Shown: one piece after another, positions 9,176-19,263 of the stretch
How the letters are laid out: every line of letters begins with the position of its first letter
Position numbering within the stretch: the first letter of the stretch is position 1
Assembly (NCBI GenBank): GCA_017577715.2
Contig: PKRC02000001.1
Coordinates: 279 to 64,278, forward strand
Length of the DNA stretch: 64,000 nucleotides
Origin: Clostridia bacterium
GTDB taxonomy: Bacteria; Bacillota; Clostridia; Caldicoprobacterales; Caldicoprobacteraceae
Direction: 5' to 3'
Position numbers and translations under genes: made by a program
The notes under the pieces: model-generated
Told to the model about the DNA's origin: nothing
The model's database searches: none
What the model saw: only the letters and a program-made list of their open reading frames with translations

Positions 9176-10928
9176 ATTGCAGATAGGGCGTTACTTGGTT
9201 GCGCTCACTGCCCGGTAATACAAGGCTGATACGCCTGCAGGCATTGGATATGGTAGAATAGGAAGCCCTATAGAGACGAGCTAGCTCCGTTTTATCTACG
9301 ACCAACCCAGACATCAGACAATAATACAGCTCCAACGCTGCGGCCCATGCTTCGGGCTTTCTTATTCTGGGCAAACCATAGGGCAACATGGCCGAAATAA
9401 AATTATTCCATATTTCACGCACCTGAGCTTCAAAGCCATCTTTATAGCGCCCTTTCATCGTCTCAATAGCTATGTTTATTACATCATGAAAGACCTGAGG
9501 AAGATCGGTAGGAGTATTATGAACAACGACGTCTATCCTAATCTGCACTATATTATCATCCAGATAGGCTATATATGGTTCGGGAGCACCCATCTGCTTA
9601 AGCAGCATAACGGCTTCCCTCTTTAGCTCATCGTCTACACTTTTCCTCAGTATAAACTCCCTCAGGAAACTTTCGGCCTTTCCATCCTTAAACGAGGCTA
9701 TAACGCCCAAAATAGCCCTTTTTATTGAAAGGTCATTGAGCTCCAAACCCCATTTTAGCAGAGCCAACAGCTCATCACTGCTGCTCCAGCGCTTTTTCAA
9801 ATCCTTGTGCGGAAGCCTGAGGAGGTCGTTAATCTTCTTTATACGGTATATAACCTCCTCATAGGGAACCTGAAAATGATAAGATATCTCGCTGAATTCC
9901 CTTTCACCGCTCATTATGGCATGCGTCAGCCTTTTATAAAAGCTGCTTATGGTATTGTTGGGAGCTATTTTCTCGATCTTGCTCCAGTACTTCAACGCTT
10001 CCTTAAACTTCTGGAGATTGAAATAGGAAACCGCTATATAGTGGAGTATCTTTATATCATAGGGCTTGTATTGGAGCAACCGCTTGAGCAATCTATTGGC
10101 CTCTTTATGCCTTTTGAGTTCACACAGGGTCACAGCAATCTTATGGATCTCCTCGGGGTCGTTGGTCTCTATGCCCAGTACCGCTTGCAGATGCTTTTCG
10201 CTTTCCTCCTCCAGCCCCTTCTCACGGTAAAAGATAGCTATATTGCAATTAGCGTGAACGTTTTGCGGCTGTTCTTTAAGCACGCCCTGACTCACATCGA
10301 TGGCATCGTCAAGGCGCCCCTCGCAAAAATATGCCAGCGCAAGGTTATTTCGAGCAAATATCAGAGAAGGGTCTTTCTTTATCACGTTTTCCAGACAGCG
10401 AATGGCTCTCTTGTAATCTCCCATATCAAGAAAATTCTTACCCTTATTGGCCAGCTTGTATAGCCGTTCCCTATCAGAATTTAACATTACCTCTAAGTCG
10501 TTGTCAAAATACATCTCGTGGCTTTGAAGTATATCCAGCAAATCCTGGGCATCCTCTGCATAGATCCCATCTGGATCCTGCTGAAGGTATTTCTCGAAGC
10601 ATTCCTTTGCCCTTTCATACTCCTGCAGGCCCAAAAAATTACATCCTAAGCAGAAATAACAATCGGCATTGTTCTCATCCTTCTGCAATATATAGAGCAA
10701 TATCTGGTTGGACTCCTCATAATACCCCATTTCAGTAAACACTTGAGCCAGATCCAGCCTGTATTCCAGATTTTCGGGTTCTTTTTCAACAGCCTTTCGA
10801 TAAAAGCTGAGGGCATCTATATAATTGTTGCTCTCAATATATTTCTTTGCTTTCCTGTAATAAAACTGTCCGTTTTGTTCAAAGGGAATAACCTTTCTCT
10901 TGGTTCTCGCAGACAATCCCACTGCCAT
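9174..10928 (-). CDS. Tetratricopeptide-repeat protein
   Basis: Multiple TPR-like helices (ALSFYRKAVEKEPEN, AKECFEKYLQQDP, ARNNLALAY); AGGAG RBS. Confidence 0.85.
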   Translation of the reverse strand: MAVGLSARTKRKVIPFEQNGQFYYRKAKKYIESNNYIDALSFYRKAVEKEPENLEYRLDLAQVFTEMGYYEESNQILLYILQKDENNADCYFCLGCNFLGLQEYERAKECFEKYLQQDPDGIYAEDAQDLLDILQSHEMYFDNDLEVMLNSDRERLYKLANKGKNFLDMGDYKRAIRCLENVIKKDPSLIFARNNLALAYFCEGRLDDAIDVSQGVLKEQPQNVHANCNIAIFYREKGLEEESEKHLQAVLGIETNDPEEIHKIAVTLCELKRHKEANRLLKRLLQYKPYDIKILHYIAVSYFNLQKFKEALKYWSKIEKIAPNNTISSFYKRLTHAIMSGEREFSEISYHFQVPYEEVIYRIKKINDLLRLPHKDLKKRWSSSDELLALLKWGLELNDLSIKRAILGVIASFKDGKAESFLREFILRKSVDDELKREAVMLLKQMGAPEPYIAYLDDNIVQIRIDVVVHNTPTDLPQVFHDVINIAIETMKGRYKDGFEAQVREIWNNFISAMLPYGLPRIRKPEAWAAALELYYCLMSGLVVDKTELARLYRASYSTISNACRRISLVLPGSERNQVTPYLQ

Positions 10929-11050
10929 ATTCCGCTCCTTACCTAAAGATACTTCTTGGAAATATTATAGCATATAATGCCCAAAAGCTCTATATAATCA
11001 AGCGGTTATTTGCAGCAAGATTTCAGGTTACCGCCAACCAATATAGGTCT

Positions 11051-11950
11051 TCAAAGGTTTTCTTCGTTCCTTCTTCTCTGTTCTAGCATCTCCTTAAGCT
11101 CATCCTGCTCAAATATGTATTTTTTACTGCAGTAATGGCATACTACTTCCGCTCGCTTATCATTTTCTATAATATCTATGAACTCTTTTTCATCCATACT
11201 CATCAATATGTATTTAAGCCTCTCCCTGTTGCAATCGCATTTGAACTGTACATCCATTACGGCTTTTACCTGCATCCCGTGCTGCCCTAGAATGCCTTCC
11301 AGCACCTCTTCGGGAGATTTGCCTTCATCAAACTGGCGGGAGATGGAAGGGCTGCTGCTGATCTTTTCTTCAATGGCTGCGATGACATCCTCAGGTGCCC
11401 CAGGCAAGGCCTGTATGATAAAGCCGCCTGCAGCTTTTACGGTACAATCGGGATTGACAAGCACTCCCAAAGCCACAGCTGAGGGCTGTTGTTCCGACAC
11501 CGTCAGGTAATAGGCCACATCTTCGGCTATCTCCCCTGACATCAGATCGGCCTGTCCTATATAGGGCTCTTTCAACCCTAAATCCTTTATTACCGTTATT
11601 TTGCCCTTTTTGCCTACAGCAGTTGACACGTCCAGCTTATTGTGAGCATTAAGCGGCAAATCAACCTTGGGATTGGCAACGTATCCCTTTACCTTGCCGC
11701 CCGAAGTCGCCACCACTACAATGCTGCCCAAGGGGCCATCACCTTTTATGATGAGCGAAAGGGTATCCTTCTCGCCTTTCATATCAACTCCCAGCATAGC
11801 GGCAGCCGTCATGGCACGCCCCAGCGCAGCGCTGGCTACAGGAGAAAGTCCATGGAGCCTTTGAGCCTCTTGTACCAGATCAGTAGTCCTAGCAGCAAAG
11901 CCGCGAATAAATCCATTGGCAGCCGTAACTCTTATTACATAATCGTTCAT
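11051..11950 (-). CDS. hslO: Hsp33 redox-regulated chaperone
   Basis: ALGRAMTAA, GDGPLG, SGEIAEDVAYY..SEQ, CDC...CHYC zinc motif; AGGAGG RBS. Confidence 0.95.
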   Translation of the reverse strand: MNDYVIRVTAANGFIRGFAARTTDLVQEAQRLHGLSPVASAALGRAMTAAAMLGVDMKGEKDTLSLIIKGDGPLGSIVVVATSGGKVKGYVANPKVDLPLNAHNKLDVSTAVGKKGKITVIKDLGLKEPYIGQADLMSGEIAEDVAYYLTVSEQQPSAVALGVLVNPDCTVKAAGGFIIQALPGAPEDVIAAIEEKISSSPSISRQFDEGKSPEEVLEGILGQHGMQVKAVMDVQFKCDCNRERLKYILMSMDEKEFIDIIENDKRAEVVCHYCSKKYIFEQDELKEMLEQRRRNEENL

Positions 11951-11985
11951 GTACATCCTCCTTTTTCCCATTACGTCTTGGAATA

Positions 11986-12750
11986 TCAGCAGCCTTTGGT
12001 ACAGCTTCCTTTCTTTCTGGCTGCGAAAAATATCCGCTCTGCCTTCTTCTTGGGAGGCTTCAGAGTAAAAGGCTGATACACCCCTATATCCTCAAAGCCA
12101 TTATTTTCAAGGTGCCCCACAATCTCTTCCGCATGATAGGCACGCTGATAGTGAACCTCATCGAAGCGCTTGTAATGTTCACCTTCTTTAACAAAAAATG
12201 ACAACTCCATCTCGCAAATCCGCGACTGCTTATCGAAATAGTTCTGCCATATATAGCTTATATCCTCATCGGTTTTTACAAAGACATTGTTGCCCACTAT
12301 TGAAGAGAGCTTATAGTAAGAGCTGATGTCGAATACGAAGATTCCCCCTGGATTCAAATATCTGTATACCCCTTCAAATACCAGATCCAGCTCCTCTTCG
12401 GCGGAGATATAATTTATGCCATCACAGATGCAGGTCATAGCATCTACTGGGTGATGTAGGCTGATATGGCGTATATCCTGAAATATAAAGGTGATGTTCA
12501 TCCCCCTATTGCGCGCCTTTTCCCTCGCAACAAACAGCATATCCTCAGACTGATCGATGCCTATGACATCATATCCCCTCTCTCTCAAAAGTATGGTAAT
12601 GTTGCCCGTTCCACAGGCCAGATCAACTATCTGCCGCGGTTTTACGCCATAGTGCCTAAATAACAGCTCTATATAGTCAACCCATTTAGGGTAATTGACA
12701 TCCTGCATCAATGTATCGTAAATATAAGCAAATCCGTTATAAATACCCAT
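11986..12750 (-). CDS. Class I SAM-dependent methyltransferase
   Basis: VDLACGTGN, GIDQSEDML, DGINY, PGGIFVFD motifs. Confidence 0.9.
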   Translation of the reverse strand: MGIYNGFAYIYDTLMQDVNYPKWVDYIELLFRHYGVKPRQIVDLACGTGNITILLRERGYDVIGIDQSEDMLFVAREKARNRGMNITFIFQDIRHISLHHPVDAMTCICDGINYISAEEELDLVFEGVYRYLNPGGIFVFDISSYYKLSSIVGNNVFVKTDEDISYIWQNYFDKQSRICEMELSFFVKEGEHYKRFDEVHYQRAYHAEEIVGHLENNGFEDIGVYQPFTLKPPKKKAERIFFAARKKGSCTKGC

Positions 12751-12828
12751 CTACCCCTTCTCACTTCGATCTACATACTGCTGCCCCTCATTACAACGCC
12801 GGGTATTTGAAGCACCCCACAGACGTTT

Positions 12829-13671
12829 TCATTGCTCATCCTCTTGAGCATCGCTTTCATGCATATCGCCTTCCTGGGTATCGCTCTCGGCTGCATTGTT
12901 GGTCGGCCTATCCAGGTACTTATAAAACGCCCAGTTGGCCAATGAGACACCAATAAACATGGGGAAGGTCAACCCGACGAAAAATACAGGTATGGTATAC
13001 CATATACTGGCTATAAATAAAGCCACCATCAGCACAAAGACCACAAAGGTATGGGGAAGCTTTGCCAAAGTGAAAATCAGCGCATTTTTTAATATCTGCC
13101 TTACACTCAACTTGTAAGTGACCAGCATGGGGAAAATGTATATGTTCATCATGGCATAAACAAGGCCTATCATCCACATGAAATAATACAACATGAGGAA
13201 GAAGATATTCTGTGAGGCCATGGAGCTGTAAAAACTCAAGTTTACATAGAATATCATAAGCGCAAGACCGTTGAGCAGCATTATGATCAAGCTTTCCTTC
13301 CAGTTCATCTTCCACGCATCCTTAAAATCGCTGAAAAGCCATGCATGTTCATCCCTCGCCCAGTTCCTGAGCACATAAGTGACACCCGCCGTAGCAGGGC
13401 CGGCAAAAAGGAGGCAGGGAATGAGCACCAAGAAGTAAAATATATTTATGGGCTCCCCCGTCTGGGCAGTAACCTGCAACTGAAGATAGGTCCATATAAA
13501 AGCCGGGAGCCAGAAAAGGGAATACAACAAATTCAGCTTAATTAGGTCCCAAAACCGTATCCGTAAAACGGTAAAAAACAGCTTGATGGGCTTTTCCCTC
13601 AAGTTTTCATATTTTAAATCGGGCTTATTGGGATTGCCGTAATACATCCTCTCAAAGAGACCGCCAAACAT
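12829..13671 (-). CDS. DUF624/YesL-family membrane protein
   Basis: DLIKLNLLY, GPATAGVTYV, FSDFKDAWKMNWK, IYIFPMLVTY pattern; several TM segments. Confidence 0.75.
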   Translation of the reverse strand: MFGGLFERMYYGNPNKPDLKYENLREKPIKLFFTVLRIRFWDLIKLNLLYSLFWLPAFIWTYLQLQVTAQTGEPINIFYFLVLIPCLLFAGPATAGVTYVLRNWARDEHAWLFSDFKDAWKMNWKESLIIMLLNGLALMIFYVNLSFYSSMASQNIFFLMLYYFMWMIGLVYAMMNIYIFPMLVTYKLSVRQILKNALIFTLAKLPHTFVVFVLMVALFIASIWYTIPVFFVGLTFPMFIGVSLANWAFYKYLDRPTNNAAESDTQEGDMHESDAQEDEQ

Positions 13672-13820
13672 ATCAACAATCCTTTCTTTATTTTATTTTT
13701 GTTCGATAAAATTCCTTCTTATTTTTAATTCTAACAACAAATGCTTGCTTGTTCAACAAAATATTTTTTTGCCAAAGTTTACACCTCATCATTGAATTTT
13801 CGAGATGCATGGATCTCAGT

Positions 13821-14984
13821 TTAACGCACAACTCCAAACCCTTTTATGATGTCATGATAGGCCTGCAGCCCATAAAGTAGCACTTCTTCATCGAAGTTAA
13901 ATTTACTGCTGTGAAGCGGAGCGGTAAAACCTTTGCTTTCATTCCCGCAGCCAAGAAACATGTAAACGCCGGGTACCCTCTGCTGATAGTAGGAAAAGTC
14001 CTCCGCTATCATCATGGGCTGTATATCCTGAAGCGCACGATGAGGCAAGAATTCTTTAAGCTGACTTACCAGTTTGGGATCGTTATTCACTGCCGGATAG
14101 TACACATCTTCCCTATACTGCGCCTTTACCCCGTGTGAAAGTTCAAGGCCTCTTAGCAAACCCTGTATGTTTTCCTTTATTTGCTCATAAACCCTTTCGT
14201 CAAAGGTGCGCACAATTCCCTCAATGACAGCCTTCCCTGCAATTATGTTCCTTTCCTCTCCCGCCTGAAGTTTTCCAATAGTGAACACTGCTTCTTCATC
14301 CGAAGCAACCCATCTGTGGAAAAGGCCATAAACCAAATTTACAAAATGACACGATGCCAGCAGTGCATCAACGCCTTGGTGGGACATGGCCCCATGAGCG
14401 CTTTTGCCGGTAATTTCCACCGTAAATTCGCAGTTTTGAGCCATCACAGGCCCCTCTTTAAGCCCTATCTTCCCTTGAGGGATATCTGGCAAGAGGTGGA
14501 AGCCAAATACGGCATCCACCTTGGGATCTTCCAGTACCCCTTCTTTGATCATGGGCAGTGCCCCTCCCACCGTCTCCTCAGCGGGTTGAAAGATGAGAAC
14601 GACGTTGCCATTCAGTTCCCCTTTGTGCAAGCCCAGCCACTCAGCAAGCGCCAGCAAAATGGCCATGTGGCCATCATGACCGCAGGCATGCATCTTTCCG
14701 CAGTTTATCGAAGCAAACTCAACGCCAGTCTCTTCCTGAAGCGGAAGAGCATCCATATCGGCCCTGAAAGCCAGGGTCATGCCGCTGCCCTTGCCCTTCA
14801 TGACGGCTTTTATGCCGGTACCAGCTAATATCCTTATTTCATTAAACCCATAATCTTTAAGGCAAGATAAAATGTAATCCCGGGTGGCATATACATCAAA
14901 CCCCAATTCAGGATACATATGTAAATGGCGCCTGTGCTGGATCAGCCTTTCTTTAAACCAATAAACTTCCGCATCTATCTGCAT
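13821..14984 (-). CDS. M20-family amidohydrolase
   Basis: RRHLHMYPELG, FRADMDALP, MHACGHDGH, QPAEE, AEDFSYY, LHSSKF; GGAGG RBS. Confidence 0.9.
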   Translation of the reverse strand: MQIDAEVYWFKERLIQHRRHLHMYPELGFDVYATRDYILSCLKDYGFNEIRILAGTGIKAVMKGKGSGMTLAFRADMDALPLQEETGVEFASINCGKMHACGHDGHMAILLALAEWLGLHKGELNGNVVLIFQPAEETVGGALPMIKEGVLEDPKVDAVFGFHLLPDIPQGKIGLKEGPVMAQNCEFTVEITGKSAHGAMSHQGVDALLASCHFVNLVYGLFHRWVASDEEAVFTIGKLQAGEERNIIAGKAVIEGIVRTFDERVYEQIKENIQGLLRGLELSHGVKAQYREDVYYPAVNNDPKLVSQLKEFLPHRALQDIQPMMIAEDFSYYQQRVPGVYMFLGCGNESKGFTAPLHSSKFNFDEEVLLYGLQAYHDIIKGFGVVR

Positions 14985-15104
14985 TTTGAGTACTCCTCCG
15001 ACGGCCTTCAAATTTAAGACAATCCCTCTCCATCCTTGCGATGAAGAGGGATTGCAAAAAAGTCAGCCTTTGCCTTTTAATAGGGATTGTTTCAATATGG
15101 CCTT

Positions 15105-16283
15105 TTAACCCTGTTTACGGGCCATCTTGAGTATGTTGAGCACATCCTCCCTGCCCAGCTTCTTAAAATTCCCTATCTGCTTGGTGCCCTTGTTGGTGCA
15201 CTTGTCAGCCATCTCCTCCAGCCTATCATCGGGTATGCCCAGCTCTTCCAGCGTCACCGGAAGGCCAATCCTCTTGAAAAATTGGGTGAGGCAGCGTATC
15301 CCCTCAAGAGCCGTCCTCTCAGGGTTTGCAAAATCCATCTCTACATCCCAAACCCTAGTAGCAAACTGTACAAACCGGTCCACATTTTCCTTATAGACGT
15401 ATCTCATCCAGGCAGGAAATACCACGGCCAATCCGGCTCCATGGGGCACATCGTATATCCCGCTCAGCTCATGCTCTATGGCATGGGAGGCCCAATCGCC
15501 AATCCTGCCGGTGCCCAAAAGATCGTTATGCGCGATAGTGCTGGCCCACATTATTTCAGCCCTGGCCTGGTAATTCTCGGGTTCCTCAAGCACAATGGGC
15601 ACGTTCTTGATTATGGTCCTAAGGGTAGCCTCGCACAACCTATCGGTGAAATCGACATCCTTTTGATGGGTAAAATACCGCTCCATCACATGGGCCATGA
15701 TGTCAGCAGCACCGCAGGCCGTCTGATAAGGCGGAAGCGTAAAGGTAATTTCGGGATTCATTATGGCAAACTTGGGACGTATTATCTCAACGTTTAAGCC
15801 GCGCTTGTACCATCCGTCCTCATTGGTAATCACCGAACTCTTGCTGGCCTCGCTGCCGGCTGCAGGTATGGTAAGCACCACGCCCACAGGGAGCGCCTTT
15901 TGCGGCACGGCCTTGCCGCTATAAAAGTCCCACACATCGCCCTCATAGGGTACGCCAACAGCAATGGCTTTGGCCGAATCGATTACGCTGCCGCCTCCCA
16001 CAGCCAGGATGAAGTCGATGTTATGTTTTCTACAAAGCTCAATCCCCTGTTTCACAAGGCTGAGTCGAGGATTTGGCTGTACTCCACCCAGCTCAATGAA
16101 TTCCACGCCTGCATCCTTAAGGGACTTCACCACCCTGTCATAAAGCCCTATGCGTTTGATGGTCCCCCCGCCGTAGTGCAAAAGAACCTTTTTGCTGTAA
16201 ACCTTAGTCTCTTCTCCTACCTGGTTTTCTACACCCCTACCAAATATGATCTTAGTGGGGCTTAAAAATGTAAAGTTTTCCAT
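15105..16283 (-). CDS. Iron-containing alcohol (butanol-type) dehydrogenase
   Basis: YGGGTIK, AVGGGSVIDSAK, TIPAAGSE, HAIEHELS...HGAGLA motifs. Confidence 0.92.
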   Translation of the reverse strand: MENFTFLSPTKIIFGRGVENQVGEETKVYSKKVLLHYGGGTIKRIGLYDRVVKSLKDAGVEFIELGGVQPNPRLSLVKQGIELCRKHNIDFILAVGGGSVIDSAKAIAVGVPYEGDVWDFYSGKAVPQKALPVGVVLTIPAAGSEASKSSVITNEDGWYKRGLNVEIIRPKFAIMNPEITFTLPPYQTACGAADIMAHVMERYFTHQKDVDFTDRLCEATLRTIIKNVPIVLEEPENYQARAEIMWASTIAHNDLLGTGRIGDWASHAIEHELSGIYDVPHGAGLAVVFPAWMRYVYKENVDRFVQFATRVWDVEMDFANPERTALEGIRCLTQFFKRIGLPVTLEELGIPDDRLEEMADKCTNKGTKQIGNFKKLGREDVLNILKMARKQG

Positions 16284-16662
16284 AATAATCTTCCTCCTAT
16301 TCCCAATTTTAGTTAATTAAATATGTGAAACATTATACGCCTATTGATGTGAACATTTAATGAGAAATTTGGCACTCAAGTTATGCCCATTTTCGCGGAT
16401 AACTAAACGCCCTCACATTTTTAAATTTATCCTAGCATATATGTATGGAAAAATCAAGAAGTATGGGAAAGCATTTTGTAAATTCTAGCAACCAAAATTG
16501 CAAAAACTTAAGCCACAACAAAATAGCAGTAGCTTTGCTACTGCTATCATTCCTTTTTATATTTTGTAGTGGAGCCTTGCCGAGCATTTTTGTTTGGGAG
16601 TGTTAACTTAATTTAACAATGAACCATCTTAACTCATCAGGTCTGAAAAACTCAAAAAACGT

Positions 16663-16692
16663 TTGACATCCATGGTCTTAAAATGATATGAT
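16663..16692 (+). promoter_or_regulatory. Sigma-A promoter of the lysine-riboswitch operon
   Basis: TTGACA-N18-TATGAT with extended TG, just upstream of the riboswitch. Confidence 0.7.
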
Positions 16693-16712
16693 TTAAAAAA
16701 ACGAATATATGC

Positions 16713-16896
16713 AAAGCAGTTTAGAGGCGCACCTTTCAAGAGTAAGCAGCTGGAGAATACGGGGTTCGATTAAGGCTGCCCAAAGGGGAAGGTGCCGAAG
16801 GATGTGGTATGTCCCCGTCATCCACCTCCTGGGCCCTGGGTTAAGAGCCCTGGGACTGTCATCATTGGGAACCAATGATGGAGCGCTAACTGCTTT
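16713..16896 (+). ncRNA. Lysine riboswitch (L-box) aptamer
   Basis: P1 aaagcagtt/aactgcttt enclosing AGAGGCGC, AAGAGTA, GCCGAA, GGGACTGTC and GGAGCGCTA conserved blocks; upstream of asd-dapA-dapB. Confidence 0.93.
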
Positions 16897-16956
16897 CGAA
16901 TCGCAAGGGTTTTGCAGGGTTTAACTCATCTGCAAAAAGATTGTAATTGTGATACG

Positions 16957-16988
16957 AAAGCGGCTGGTCATCCATCAGCCGCTTTATT
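16957..16988 (+). terminator. Riboswitch expression-platform terminator
   Basis: aaagcggctg/cagccgcttt hairpin followed by ttatt, between aptamer and asd. Confidence 0.7.
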
Positions 16989-17122
16989 CGTGATTATCTA
17001 TATAAGGCGGAATTTAATGAGGCACCATAACCTGTAACGACATATGATGGATAATGAGGTAAACTCTGCAAGATAAAAGGACAAAAATTATGCATCTCAT
17101 AAAATGTGAGGAGGAGAAAGCC

Positions 17123-18142
17123 ATGCAAAAGTACAACATAGCCATTGTCGGAGCAACCGGCATGGTAGGGCGCAAGTTTTTGGAAGTTTTAGAGGAGAGA
17201 AAGTTTCCCATAGCCAATTGTTATCTATTTGCTTCTGAGCGTTCGGCAGGAACAAAAATAAGGTTTATGGGAGAGGACCACGTAGTACAGCAGCTGACCG
17301 AGACCAGTTTTGACAGCAAAGGCATCGATATAGCGCTGTTTTCAGCCGGTGCAACCGTCAGCAAAAAGTTCGCACCAATAGCCGCGTCTAATGGTGCCGT
17401 GGTCATCGACAACAGCAGCGCCTGGAGAATGGAAGAGGGTGTACCGTTGGTGGTGCCCGAAGTCAACCCACAGGAAATACTCAAGCACAAAGGGATAATC
17501 GCCAACCCCAATTGTTCCACCATCCAGGCTGTGGTGGTGCTCAAGCCGCTGCACGACCGGTACAAAATAAAGAGGATCGTATATTCCACATATCAGGCAG
17601 TGTCGGGTGCGGGCATGGGAGGCTATATGGACCTGCAAAACGGGATACGCGGAGAAAAGACTCTGCAGAAGTTCCCACACCCCATATTTGCCAACTGCAT
17701 CCCCCACATAGACGTATTCCTGGATAATGGCTATACTAAAGAAGAGATGAAGATGATCAATGAGACCAAAAAGATCTTGGGGGATTATAGCTTAAGGATC
17801 ACCGCAACGACTGTACGCGTGCCGGTGTTCTATGGCCATAGCGAGTCCATAAATGTGGAGTTTGAAAAGGACTTTGATTTAAACGAGCTTAAGGAAGTCC
17901 TCGCAAATGCACCTGGCGTTGTAGTGCTCGATGACCCCCAGAATAACATCTATCCAATGCCCATTCACGCAGAAAACAAGGATGAAGTATTCGTGGGGCG
18001 CATAAGAAGGGATGAAAGCGTAAAAAGCGGCGTAAACTTATGGGTGGTAGCGGATAACATAAGAAAGGGTGCGGCTACCAACGCCGTACAAATAGCGCAA
18101 AAGCTTATCGAATACTGGGAAAGCGGTCAACTTGCCCGATAG
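17123..18142 (+). CDS. asd: Aspartate-semialdehyde dehydrogenase
   Basis: IVGATGMVG, VIDNSSAWR, ANPNCST, YQAVSGAG, RVPVFYGHS, DNIRKGAATN. Confidence 0.97.
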   Translation: MQKYNIAIVGATGMVGRKFLEVLEERKFPIANCYLFASERSAGTKIRFMGEDHVVQQLTETSFDSKGIDIALFSAGATVSKKFAPIAASNGAVVIDNSSAWRMEEGVPLVVPEVNPQEILKHKGIIANPNCSTIQAVVVLKPLHDRYKIKRIVYSTYQAVSGAGMGGYMDLQNGIRGEKTLQKFPHPIFANCIPHIDVFLDNGYTKEEMKMINETKKILGDYSLRITATTVRVPVFYGHSESINVEFEKDFDLNELKEVLANAPGVVVLDDPQNNIYPMPIHAENKDEVFVGRIRRDESVKSGVNLWVVADNIRKGAATNAVQIAQKLIEYWESGQLAR

Positions 18143-18187
18143 AACTGCTGGCCAAATTAAATCAAAGATATCAGGGAGTGATCAATA

Positions 18188-19075
18188 ATGAGCGTATTCA
18201 CCGGGTCGTGCGTTGCCCTGGTTACCCCCTTTACAGATAACGGCATCAACTTTGAATCCTTGGCCAACCTCATAGAGTTTCAAATTAATGGAGGCACCGA
18301 TGCCATACTGGTATGCGGTACTACCGGAGAGCCTCCTACCATGACCAGGGAGGAGAGGTATTCAGTCATAGGCTTTACCGTTGAAAAAGTGGCAAAGAGA
18401 GTTCCGGTCATAGCCGGAACGGGTGGCTACAACACCGCCGCTGTAATCGAGGACTCAAAGGAAGCCGAGCGATTGGGTGCCGATGCGCTGCTCATCGTAA
18501 CCCCCTACTACAACAAGACCACGCAAAAGGGCCTCATACAGCACTATGCAGCCATAGCCGATACCGTCCACATCCCCATCATAATCTACAACGTGCCCAG
18601 CAGAACGGGCCTCAACGTAGCTCCATCTACGTTAAAAGAGCTTTCCAGGATAGACAACATAGTGGGCATAAAGGAAGCCAGCGGCAATATAGCCCAGGTA
18701 ACCGAAATGGCCAGGCTTTGCGGCGACAGGATAGATATATACTCTGGTGATGACAACATAGTGGTCCCCATACTGGCCTTGGGAGGAAAAGGTGTCATAT
18801 CGGTAGTGGCCAACATCGCTCCACGAGATACCCATGAAATGGTGGCAAAATTCCTAAACGGAGATATTGAAGGAAGCAGAAAGCTTCAATTTAAGCTGAA
18901 TCCTTTAATCGAAGCCCTGTTTTTGGAGGTCAACCCCATACCGGTAAAGACGGCTTTGAACCTCATGGGGATGAATGTCGGTAAGCTCAGATTGCCTCTT
19001 ACCGATATGTCGGAGCAAAACTTAGAAATACTCAAAAAGAGAATGCTGGAATACGGCCTTAAGATACAACAATAG
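18188..19075 (+). CDS. dapA: 4-hydroxy-tetrahydrodipicolinate synthase
   Basis: [36 protein letters not shown]. Confidence 0.97.
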   Translation: MSVFTGSCVALVTPFTDNGINFESLANLIEFQINGGTDAILVCGTTGEPPTMTREERYSVIGFTVEKVAKRVPVIAGTGGYNTAAVIEDSKEAERLGADALLIVTPYYNKTTQKGLIQHYAAIADTVHIPIIIYNVPSRTGLNVAPSTLKELSRIDNIVGIKEASGNIAQVTEMARLCGDRIDIYSGDDNIVVPILALGGKGVISVVANIAPRDTHEMVAKFLNGDIEGSRKLQFKLNPLIEALFLEVNPIPVKTALNLMGMNVGKLRLPLTDMSEQNLEILKKRMLEYGLKIQQ

Positions 19076-19263
19076 CTTTAAACTGGCAATTATGCAGCCA
19101 GAACCAAATCATTTACATGAAGTTCCAACGAACGTGCCAACGGTTTACTGTTTTATCGACTGCTGATTGGACTGTGTGTTTAACAATACGAAACGTCGAA
19201 TATTTAAATATTAAAAAATCCCACCTAAAAAAATAACCTTGACTGAAGAAACGGAGTGAAAAC

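Noticed and set aside
13821-14984. M20 amidohydrolase as the DAP-pathway deacetylase
   Set aside because: It is on the opposite strand, outside the riboswitch operon, and shows no specificity evidence; left as generic M20.
16601-16618. TGTTAA-N6-TTAACA as a Rex operator for the alcohol dehydrogenase
   Set aside because: The spacer is 6 nt rather than the canonical 4, and it lies over 300 bp from the gene; it is better read as an RNA stem.
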